From Eledone cirrhosa (Eukaryota), in assembly GCA_964016885.1 (NCBI GenBank), contig OZ024743.1, forward strand, positions 206,398,001 through 206,462,000: a stretch of DNA of 64,000 nucleotides, read 5' to 3'. Positions 53,285 to 64,000 of this stretch are shown here, piece after piece (within the stretch, counting starts at the first letter, position 1; every line of letters begins with the position of its first letter). The translations under genes were made by a program, and so were the position numbers. The notes under the pieces are model-generated. The model was not told where the DNA came from and did no database searches. It worked only from the letters and a program-made list of their open reading frames with translations.

Positions 53285-53373
53285 ATTCTCGACAAAAGCA
53301 AGGGAAGTAATCTACGCGTTTCATTCTTATTAGAAATCTTCAGGACTACATATCCAGTGCTTTTATCGAGAAT
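53285..53373 (-). ncRNA. Type I hammerhead ribozyme, intact catalytic core
   Basis: Minus strand reads GTAGTC-CTGAAGA-T TTCT AATA AGAA T-GAA-ACGCGT-A-GATTAC (53349-53307). Stem I is extended by a 16-bp helix (53285-53300 with 53358-53373). Both G-U wobbles work only on the minus strand. Predicted cleavage between 53313 and 53312. Confidence 0.88.
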
Positions 53374-53594
53374 GACACAGCTAGAGACTTATAGAATACT
53401 TAGCTGTGTACAGGAACTGGTTTGAAAGAGCGGTTGCCGGTCCGGCAGAAATTAGAAATTGGAATAAATGCTCTGAAATAGCGATATATATGTGAATATA
53501 GACATAGAATATTCAAACATATTCTGTATGTTTATAATAAACATTTTGAAGACCTAATCGCTATAGAATAGAATATGTCACGTATTACAATTAG

Positions 53595-53683
53595 ATTCTC
53601 GACAAAAGCAAGGGAAGTAATCTGCGCGTTTCATTCTTATTAGAAATCTTCAGGACTACATATCCAGTGCTTTTATCGAGAAT
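53595..53683 (-). ncRNA. Second hammerhead copy with a U16.1>C change (probably impaired)
   Basis: Same as 53285-53373 except A>G at 53624 (plus strand), converting the GUA cleavage triplet to GCA. Confidence 0.8.
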
Positions 53684-54009
53684 GACACAGCTAGAGACTT
53701 ATAGAATACTTAGCTGTGTACAGGAACTGGTTTGAAAGAGCGGTTGCCGGTCCGGCAGAAATTAGAAATTGGAATAAATGCTCTGAAATAGCGATATATA
53801 TGTGAATATAGACATAGAATATTCGAACATATTCTGTATGTTTATAATAAACATTTTGAAGACCTAATCGCTATAGAATAGAATACGTCACGTATTACAA
53901 TTAGATTCTCGACAAAAGCAAGGGAAGTATTCTATAGCGATTAGGTCTTCAAAATGTTTATTATAAACATACAGAATATGTTTGAATATTCTATGTCTAT
54001 GCATATTCT

Positions 54010-55473
54010 ATGTGGCGGAACTCACTGGATGCTGGATATGTGCCAGAAAACCTTCTATCCCAGTCTGTTGTCCCAGTTTTCAAAAAGGGAAACAAATCCC
54101 TTGCCGTGAATTACCGTCCAATCTCACTCACCTCTCATATCATTAAGGTATTTGAGAGAGTGGTGAGATCGCGAATGACCCACTTCCTTGAGAGTAACAA
54201 TATGCTGAACTCCAACCAGCATGGATTCCGTAATGGAAGGGATTGCCTGACGCAGCTACTGCATCACTTTGATGACATTTTGAGAGCCTTGGGAGAGGGT
54301 TCCAACACTGATGTTATCTACCTTGATTTCAGCAAGGCCTTTGACAGGGTTGATCATAACATTCTACTGAGAAAGCTGTCCAATATTGGTGTCACTGGAA
54401 AGCTGCTGCAGTGGATCAAGAGCTTCCTGTCAAACAGAACCCAACATGTTGTAGTTGAGGGAGTCAAATCCAGCCCAGCGAAAGTCAGTAGTGGGGTCCC
54501 ACAAGGCACTGTGTTGGGCCCACTTCTCTTCATCATCTATATTAATGACATCACTGACATCATCAAACACAGCAACATTAAAATTTTCGCTGATGATTCC
54601 AAGCTCCAAAAGGTCATCAATGGCGTGGATGACCGGATAAGCCTTCAGTCAGACCTACTGGCTGTTACCCAATGGGCGGAAAAGAACAACATGTTACTGA
54701 ACGAAGACAAATTCGAACTGATCCACTTTGGAAAAGAGGATGCTCTGAAACTCCCGTACTCCCTTCCCTCCGGGGAAACTCTCGTGGCACCTAACAACAT
54801 CAGAGACTTGGAAGTAACCGTGGACAGCAACATAAGCTGGACCACGCATATAAGCAGCAAAGTTGACATGGCCCGCAGAATGTGTTCCTGGATCCTCAGA
54901 ACCTTCCAGTCGAGAGATTCCCGCACCATTATCCTTCTCTTCTCTACTTTTGCCCGACCACACCTTGAATACTGTTGTCCACTGTGGTCTCCCCACACGA
55001 AACAAAGTATCATGAAACTTGAAGCTCCTCAAAGGGCAATCACGAAAAAGATAGATGGCATGTCAGACCTTGACAACTGGGGTCGATTAGAAAACCTGAA
55101 ACTTTACTCACTCCAACGTCGCCGTGAGCGTTATATTATCTGCATGATGTGGAAAATGTTCCATCATCACTGCCCAAATGATGTTGGCATCGCCTTCAAG
55201 ATACACCCAAGGCTTGGGCCCCGTGCTATCCGTCCCATTCAAAAATCTAAATCGCAACTCATAACAACAATACGGCACAATTATTTCACCTCAATCGGCC
55301 CTGCTCTCTTCAACATCACACCAGGACACGTCAAAACAGAAACTGACCACACAAAATTCAAGAAGTCTTTGGACAAATTCCTCCAAGTAATCCCGGACAA
55401 ACCACCCACACCCGGATATGTCTCCGCAAACAGTAATTCTCTTCTCGAATGGGCCATGGTGCCCAAATCCTGA
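54010..55473 (+). CDS. Reverse transcriptase + C-terminal region of a CR1/L2-group ORF2 (5'-truncated, open frame)
   Basis: [55 protein letters not shown]. No APE domain is present. Confidence 0.88.
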   Translation: MWRNSLDAGYVPENLLSQSVVPVFKKGNKSLAVNYRPISLTSHIIKVFERVVRSRMTHFLESNNMLNSNQHGFRNGRDCLTQLLHHFDDILRALGEGSNTDVIYLDFSKAFDRVDHNILLRKLSNIGVTGKLLQWIKSFLSNRTQHVVVEGVKSSPAKVSSGVPQGTVLGPLLFIIYINDITDIIKHSNIKIFADDSKLQKVINGVDDRISLQSDLLAVTQWAEKNNMLLNEDKFELIHFGKEDALKLPYSLPSGETLVAPNNIRDLEVTVDSNISWTTHISSKVDMARRMCSWILRTFQSRDSRTIILLFSTFARPHLEYCCPLWSPHTKQSIMKLEAPQRAITKKIDGMSDLDNWGRLENLKLYSLQRRRERYIICMMWKMFHHHCPNDVGIAFKIHPRLGPRAIRPIQKSKSQLITTIRHNYFTSIGPALFNITPGHVKTETDHTKFKKSLDKFLQVIPDKPPTPGYVSANSNSLLEWAMVPKS

Positions 55474-55560
55474 ATTGAAAGACTTCGCCAGGTGGTGCTA
55501 TTAAGTTAGACATGGCCTGGGCCAATACTGGCCAAAACATTTCAAAGTTATTCAAAGTTA
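54010..55560 (+). mobile_element. 5'-truncated CR1/L2-group LINE, family B
   Basis: RT ORF remnant, 3' UTR hairpin GGCCA ATAC TGGCC and a (TTCAAAGTTA)2 tail, followed by (TA/CA)n. Confidence 0.9.
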
Positions 55561-55564
55561 TTTT

Positions 55565-55826
55565 TACATACATATATACATACATATATATATATACATA
55601 CATATATACATACATTTATATATATACATACATATATACATACATATATATACATACATACATACATATACATACATACATACATATACATACATACATA
55701 CATATATATACATACATACATACATATATATACATACATACATACATATATATATATATATACATACATATATATATATACATACATACATATATACATA
55801 CATACATATATATATATACATACATA

Positions 55827-55858
<32 letters not shown>

Positions 55859-55862
55859 CATA

Positions 55863-55908
<46 letters not shown>

Positions 55909-56193
55909 CATACATACATATATATACATACATACATACATACATATATATACATACATACATACATACATACATATACATACATACATACATATATATA
56001 TATACATACATACATACATATATATATATACATACATACATATATATATATACATACATACATATATATATATACATACATACATACATATATATATATA
56101 CATACATACATACATACATATATATACATACATACATACATATATATATATACATACATACATACATACATATACATACATACATACATACAT

Positions 56194-56226
<33 letters not shown>

Positions 56227-57985
56227 CATACATACATACATATATATATATACATACATATATATATATACATACATATATATATATATATACATACATA
56301 CATATATATATATACATACATACATATATACACATACATACATACATATATATATATACATACATACATATATATATATACATACATACATATATATATA
56401 TACATACATACATACATATATATATATACATACATACATATATATATATACATACATACATATATATATATACATACATACATACATATATATATATACA
56501 TACATATATATATATACATACATACATACATATATATACATACATACATACATATATATATATACATACATACATACATATATATATATACATACATATA
56601 TATATACATACATATATATATATATACATACATATATATATATATATACATACATATATATATATACATACATACATATATATATATACATACATATATA
56701 TATATACATACATATATATATATATATACATACATATATATATATACATACATATATATATATACATATATATATACATACACATATATATATATACATA
56801 TATATATACATACACATATATATATACATACATATATATATATACATACATATATATATATATATATATACATATATATATACATACACATATATATATA
56901 CATACATACATATATACATACATACATATATACATACATACATATATACATACATACATATATACATACATACATATATACATACATACATACATATATA
57001 TATACATACATATATATATACATACATATATACATACATATATATATACATACATATATACATACATATATACATACATACATACATACATATATATATA
57101 CATACATATATATATATACATACATATATATATATACATACATATATATATATACATACATACATATATATATACATACATATATATATACATACATATA
57201 TATATACATACATATATATATACATACATATATATATACATACATATATATATACATACATATATATATACATACATATATATATACATACATATATATA
57301 TACATACATATATATATACATACATATATATATACATACATACATATATACATACATACATATATACATACATACATATATACATACATATATACATACA
57401 TATATATATACATATATATATATACATATATATATACATATATATATACATATATATATACATATATATATACACATATATATACATATATATATACACA
57501 TATATATATACATATATATATACATACATATATATACATATATATATACATATATATATACATATATATATACATATATATATACATATATATATACACA
57601 TATATATATACATATATATATACATATATATATACATACATATATACATACATATATACATATATATATACATACATATATACATACATATATACATACA
57701 TATATACATACATATATACATACATATATACATACATACATATATACATACATATATATATATACATATATATATACATACATATATATATACATACATA
57801 TATATATATACATACATATATATATACATACATATATATATATACATACATATATATATATACATACATATATATATACATACATACATACATATATATA
57901 TATACATACATATATATATACATACATACATACATATATATATATACATACATATATATATATACATACATATATATATACATAC

Positions 57986-58024
<39 letters not shown>

Positions 58025-58083
58025 CATATATATATATATACATATATATATACATATATATATATATATACATATATATATAC

Positions 58084-58114
<31 letters not shown>

Positions 58115-58363
58115 CATATATATATATACATATATATATATACATATATATATATATACATATATATATATACATACATATATATACATATATATATATA
58201 TACATATATATATATACATATATATATATACATATATATATATATACATATATATACATATATATATACATATATATACATATATATATATACATATATA
58301 TATATACATATATATATATACATATATATATACATATATATATATATACATATATATATATAC

Positions 58364-58410
<47 letters not shown>

Positions 58411-59151
58411 CATATATATATATACATATATATATATATACATATATATATATACATATATATATATATACATACATACATATATATATATACATATAAA
58501 CATACATATATATATATACATATATACATACATATATATATATACATATAAACATACATATATATATATACATATAAACATACATATATATACATATAAA
58601 CATACATATATATACATATAAACATACATATATATATATATACATATATATATATACATATAAACATACATATATATATATATACATATAAACATACATA
58701 TATATATATATACATATAAACATACATATATATATATACATATAAACATACATATATATATATATATACATATAAACATACATATATATATATACATATA
58801 AACATATATATATATGCATACATATATATATATATATACATATAAACATACATATATATATATACATATAAACATATATATATATGCATACATATATATA
58901 TATATATATACATATAAACATATATATATATGCATACATATATATATATACATATAAACATATATATATATGCATACATATATATATATATATATATATA
59001 CATAAACATATATATATATATATATATACATAAACATATATATATATGCATACACATATATATATACATACATATATATGCATACACATATATATATACA
59101 TACATATATATGCATATATATATATATATATACATACATATATACATATAT
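55565..59151. repeat. (TA)n/(TACA)n compound microsatellite with TAAACA and TGCA sub-blocks
   Basis: Direct reading. Confidence 0.98.
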
Positions 59152-59198
59152 ATTCCTGATGATTTCTAAAGAATGAAACAGTTCTAGTCCTGTAGAAT
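59152..59198 (+). ncRNA. Type I hammerhead ribozyme candidate in a ~125-bp island
   Basis: ATTC-CTGATGA-T TTC TAAA GAA T-GAA-ACAG TTCTAGTC CTGT-A-GAAT. The core is canonical and stem III is near-palindromic. Predicted cleavage after 59194. Confidence 0.72.
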
Positions 59199-59575
59199 CT
59201 CATCTATATTAAAAATGTTATACTCTGCAATGTGGTTACTTACTGTGGTTACCTCCGATTCAACCCGGAATAACGTACTATATATACATATATATATATA
59301 TATACACATACATATGTATATATATACACGATATTAACAAATGGAAACTATATTTATAAAACCATATTTATTTCATTATACCTATTTCAAGGATTCCAAG
59401 TTAAATTATGGTATGCCTTCATCAGACAAAATACAATATATACCAGTTTTTATAAATAAAATAAATAATGGATGTATACATAAAATCGTCTCTCTTCTTT
59501 ATATATATATATATAAAGAAGATATATATATATATATATATATTTGTGTTTGTTATGAAGTGTCCTATTATTAAA

Positions 59576-60020
59576 GACGGCCATGTTTCTCGAATTTACC
59601 GGGTAGAGAACTTTATATACTCGAGGAAATAACATTGAAGAAAAAATAAATATCTTTAACGTATAAATACTTTTGAAAAGTTCAATTAAATCAGTGTTAC
59701 CTTTTTTACTTCGAATCTTTTCTTATTTCCTGGCTTATCTCCAGTAATAGCCTGAGAGGTTGAGGCTTCCCCAAACTCCTCGTCGTCAATTTCCATTGCG
59801 GCTGCCATTGAGATTCAGAAATAATGAAATCTCGTATCCAACAGAACTCTCATTCACAACGAGACTCTTCCTCATTAATTAAAAAAAGTTATTCAATTTC
59901 TGATTATAATTCCATTTATCACTCCTCTCTTTCCGGGATTTCTATAATTATTACTTTTTTTAATTATTAGAAATCCTTATTGGAAATATAAATCTCGTTA
60001 CAAACTCGGATATGGCCGTC
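59576..60020. mobile_element. Possible MITE
   Basis: GACGGCCAT (59576-59584) and ATGGCCGTC (60012-60020) are inverted, with loose further pairing. AT-rich non-coding interior; no clear TSD. Confidence 0.3.
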
Positions 60021-60309
60021 AATAAAATGAAACTGAAATGCACATGATTTTAGATGAATCCTAAATAATTAATTTATGAATATTTTTATTGTTAATTTTG
60101 AGCATTTTCCCCCATGCTCATTGCCATATATATTTTCCATACTCTGTGTAATGTATATTGACATCGTTAGGGATTTACAAAGTTCTGGTCACGAGCGTTA
60201 ACTTCACCTGCAAATTGATCGAGATTGCCAACACGATCCGTTTTTCTGACATTTACTTTTTTTTTATATATTACCTATTTATTCATAGTTGTATAAAAAG
60301 AAATATAAT

Positions 60310-60499
60310 AATTGTTTCTACTTTTGGCACAAGGCCATCAATTATTCCAGTGCATTACTGGTACTTTATTTTATCGACCTCGTAAGGATGAAAGGCAAAG
60401 TCAACCTCGGCGGGATTTGAACTCAGATCGTAAAGGGACGTAACTATGCTGGAAAGCATGGTGTCTGACCCTCTACCGATACTGCCAATCCACCGCCCT
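60310..60499 (-). mobile_element. tRNA-derived SINE
   Basis: Minus strand has A-box-like TGGCAGTATCGG, B-box GAGTTCAAATCC and central GCCTTTCATCCT..GTCGATAAAATAAAGTACCAG (resembles the Meta/MESC SINE domain). Homologous to the copies at 62738-63905. Confidence 0.85.
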
Positions 60500-60732
60500 A
60501 ATATAATAATATCATGTTTACAGAACGAAAGCACAAACAATTATAATATAAAAGAAAGGAAAAGAAAAACAAAAAACAAAGAGAAAATATAAAAAAATAA
60601 ACAGGTAGCACACACATTTCGGACCACATACAACAAAGAGCAGGAGAAAGAGCTGGACAAACGAACCGTCACCAAAGCCAAAGATAATATCGCGAGGAAG
60701 ACTTGGAAAGCCTTAATAATGTTTGAGTCAAG

Positions 60733-61090
60733 CCAGCACGCTTGCAGCGTTACCTCCTGGAACAACCAAGCGCCCTCACGAGCATCACCAGTTACCTCTG
60801 TTAGGCGAGCTTGCAGTCAGTAACCCGACTTCCTCGAACGCTACAGGCTGGATAATTTAGTTAGCCGACGGAACACGGTATTTCAGGATTGTATTCCGTT
60901 CGGCTCTCGCCCTGACCGCTGCATCCAGGGTGTGGGAAGAAGCAAAAGACTCGTTAACTATGATGTCCCGGATAAGGCACCTGCCACTTAACCAGGGGCA
61001 CAGGGTAAGATCGTTAGGTATTTTCGCATCGATTCTGGACAACCCAGACTGTTCCAAAATTGAAGGAATGTTTGTCCGAGTTATCCAGTG
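60733..61090 (-). mobile_element. Degenerate CRE-type non-LTR 3' fragment (restriction-like endonuclease)
   Basis: IPSILEQSGLSRIDAKIPNDLTLCPWLSGRCLIRD...KY, then QPVAFEEVG and GNAASVL in shifted frames. This resembles the LEP.GL.R.DGKRPDG..PW..G..L.WD RLE pattern. Confidence 0.7.
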
Positions 61091-61239
61091 TAACATGGCC
61101 TCGGACAGATTAGTGCGCCAGCTCGATCAGCACCGCCTCGCAACCCCACAGCGGTGTCTGGCCCTCCTTTCCAACTGGCACACAGCTGGATATTGATAGC
61201 CTGCGCATCGGAGTTTTCCTGAAGCTCGTCCTCCTGATC

Positions 61240-61658
61240 TGCGAGCCACAAATGTCGCTGCGGATCCACCGTAGACTCTTTCGGCCTCCACCCGCTTTCC
61301 TGTCGCTACAGTGCCTGCCGCCTTCTACGCCATGCTGCTTTCAACGAGGTCATAAAGCATGGTTTGGATGCTGCAGGCTTCCTCTCCCAGCTCGAGCCGG
61401 TGGGGCTGAACTGAGGGGACGGCAAAAAGGCCAGACGGCATGACCATCTTCCCGTTCCGCAGTGGCAAACCCCTCGTCTGGGATGCCAAATGCAGCGACA
61501 CATTCTCCAACAGCAACCTGGTGCAGTCTGCGACTAACTCAGGCTTTGCTGCACTTCGGGCTGAGGAGGGTAAACTCTCCAAATATCGATCGCTCTCCGA
61601 TAGGTTTGTAGTCGAGCCCGTAGCAGTGGAGGCTTCTGATGTCCTTGGCCCTATGACC
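61240..61658 (+). mobile_element. CRE-type non-LTR 3' fragment (CCHC knuckle + restriction-like endonuclease)
   Basis: CRCGSTVDSFGLHPLSC knuckle, RH..FN, LEPVGL, RPDGMTIFPFRSGKPLVWD, AEEGKLSKY, PVAVE. One stop and a frameshift lie near 61410-61428. Confidence 0.82.
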
Positions 61659-62214
61659 ACCTCCGCAGCTCGCTCATTATACTGCCTTCTCTATTCTGTC
61701 CGCCTGGGCCATGGGCGGCCTGCGCGTGGGACCCCATTTGCTCCTAATAGTGAGAGATGGAGGCGATGGCCGTGGGAGTTTGGTTCCTCTGTGTCGGACC
61801 TGGTGTACATGTGTGTGTGACTAATTTAATAGTATTTTTTTCCTTTTATATGTTGGATTATATAATGATATATAAGCGTTTTGATTTAGCGATGGAAATA
61901 CAATTAATTATCGTTAGGAACTTCACAAATATAATGCAGAAAAATATATGATCAAAGCGAGAAAAAACAAAACAAAAAAACAAATTATGTCTATACTTTC
62001 ATTCTGTAAGCATTTTATTATTATATTCTCAGAAAAGTAATAATGATGATATTTGTTGGTGACAGTAAAAAAAATGTTTAAATATATATATATAAAAAAA
62101 ACAAAACAAGTTAGCAGTAGGCAATATTCGAGGGAAATAACTCTTTCTGCAAATGTGAGAATTAGTTTCCTTTGTTTAAATACGAAAAAAAAATTAAAAA
62201 AAGTTTATATTGAC

Positions 62215-62515
62215 TACGGCGGGGTCGCAATTATGAGGTTTTTAGTTCGATCCTACTGCTTGGTGTCTTGAAAATTGTATTTACCATATCCTTTGGGTGG
62301 ACCCAACCTTTGTGAGGAAAATTTAGGCAGATGGAAACTGCGCAGAATCCCGATGGATGTATTGTGGCTGTAGTTCAAAGGTCCGGCTTGATCACTCACT
62401 GTGTCACGCTGGTTCTACGTGGGAATGTTAAATTGCATCTAATTGTCGAATGCTCAGCCATTTACACGCTAGTTCAATGAGTGGCTAGTTTAGTTGATCG
62501 ATGAACTGAATACTT
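62215..62515 (+). mobile_element. Possible highly degenerate SINE remnant(s)
   Basis: B-box-like GTTCGATCC near 62245. The downstream resemblance to cephalopod SINE tails is from memory only. Confidence 0.3.
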
Positions 62516-62737
62516 TTCATCTGTTTGCTTACTGCCAGTTGTTTGTCTATCAGCTTATCTGTCTTGTTACTGAGAACTTCCTACATGTCTGTCTGCCTAC
62601 TTTATCATTATCATCATCATCTATGGCCCATATTTTTCGACCTCCGCGCGATGGGCCCTGGTAACTGGTCACTGATCCCAGATCTTGATCAGGCGAATGA
62701 CAACAACCTGAAATAGTCTCATACGCAATAATAATTA

Positions 62738-63905
62738 TTATTTCTACTTTTGGCATAAGGCCAACAATTATTCCAGTGCATTACGGGTTCTTTATTTTAT
62801 CGAGCCCGTAAGGATGAAAGGCAAAGGTAACCTCGGCGGGATTTGAACTCAGAACGTAAAGGGCCATAATTCTATGTTGGTTTCTGGTTTAGGCACAAGA
62901 CCAACAATTTTGGGGTGAGTAAAGTCGAATAAGTCGATCCAAGTGTATTTCTGGTACTTGATTTTATTCACCTCGTAAGGGTGAAAAGCAAAGCTAACCG
63001 TGGCGGAATTTAAACACAGAATGTAAGGAGCAGTAACTCTACCGCAGAGCATGTTGTCAACGCTCCACCAATACCGTCAATCCATATACAATAATAATGA
63101 TAAATGGTTTCTGATTTAGGCACAAAGCCAGCAATTTGAAAGAAAGAAGGGAAAGTCGATTAGACCCCAGTCCATTACTGGTACTCTATTTCATCGACCC
63201 TGTAAGAATGAAAGGCAAAGCTAACTTCGGCGGGATTTGAACTCAGGGCTTAAAGGATCGTAAATCTATGCTGCGAAGCATTTTGTCCAATGCATTATCG
63301 ATACTGCTAATCCATATGCAATAATAATTGTTTCTACTGTAGGCACAAGGCCAGCAATTCACCAGTGCATTACTGGTACTTTATTTTATCGACCCCGTAG
63401 GGATGAAAGGCAAAGTTAACCTTGGCAGGATTTGAACTCAGACCATAAAGGGGCGTAACTCTATGCTACAAAGCATGGCGTCCGACTCTCTACCGATACT
63501 GCCAATCCATAATAATAATTGTTTCTACGTTTCGCACAAGGCCAGCAATTATCCCAGTGCATTACTGGTACTTTATTTTATCGACCCCATAAAGATGAAA
63601 GGCAAAGTTAACCTCGGCGGGAATTGAACTCAGAATGGCAAGGGCCATAACTCTATAAGTCAAAGCATGGCGTCCAACCCTCTACCGATACTGCCAATCC
63701 AATGATTTCTACTATAGGCACAGGGCCAGCAATTTTGGGAGATGGGAAAATCGATTAAATCGACTCCAGTGCATTACTGGTGCTTTATCGATACCGTAAG
63801 GATGAAAAGCAAAGTTAACTTCGGCAGATTTTGAACTCAGAACGTAAATGGCCATAACTCTATGCTGCAAAGAATGGTGTCTGACGCTCTACCAATACTG
63901 CCAAT
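62738..63905 (-). mobile_element. Six head-to-tail tRNA-derived SINE copies
   Basis: Approximate copies at 62738-62876, 62879-63083, 63105-63313, 63326-63508, 63517-63700 and 63704-63905. Each has the GAAAGGCAAAG...TTTGAACTCAG (B box) segment or a variant of it. Confidence 0.88.
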
Positions 63906-64000
63906 ATTAACCACAAGGGTTGACATAAAGTGTAAAATTAAGGACAGTACAGGACGGTACAAATGGACATTTCTGTGTGTAAACATATACATATAACAAA

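Larger units (their letters stand above)
53183..54000 (-). mobile_element. Retrozyme-like tandem array (2.4 x 310 bp) plus a 73-bp inverted partial copy
   Basis: TGAATATAGAC starts at 53183, 53493 and 53803, and the array stops at 53929. 53928-54000 is the reverse complement of the monomer's left part. Each full unit has a hammerhead on the minus strand. No coding capacity. Confidence 0.85.

Noticed and set aside
60400-60499. tRNA gene
   Set aside because: A/B boxes are present but there is no cloverleaf; it is the head of a multi-copy SINE.

Overview
Eukaryotic, repeat-only, heterochromatin-like window with no recognisable host gene. The repeat families look like those of an octopus or other cephalopod; this is my recollection of those repeats, not a search result. 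1-29690 is a two-monomer satellite (25 bp and ~27 bp units sharing a 16-bp core) organised into ~6.7-8.8 kb higher-order repeats, ending at a 200-N scaffold gap. 29891-59280 is a very large (TA)n/TACA microsatellite field packed with retroelements. These include a near full-length RTE LINE (APE + RT with a C4HC3 PHD-like finger inside the RT and a possible HDV-like ribozyme in its 5' end), several RTE 3' tails and two 5'-truncated CR1/L2-group LINEs with open RT frames. The most interesting signal is at least four distinct sequence families carrying type I hammerhead ribozyme folds. They are a 310-bp tandem retrozyme-like array whose boundary lies 3 nt from the predicted self-cleavage site, a 1.24-kb Penelope-like element with 195-bp inverted ends, and two small islands. 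All four have a non-Watson-Crick pair closing stem II. 59300-64000 holds tRNA-derived SINEs (including a stack of six), two CRE-type restriction-like-endonuclease remnants and a possible MITE. All structures were folded by eye; no searches were run.
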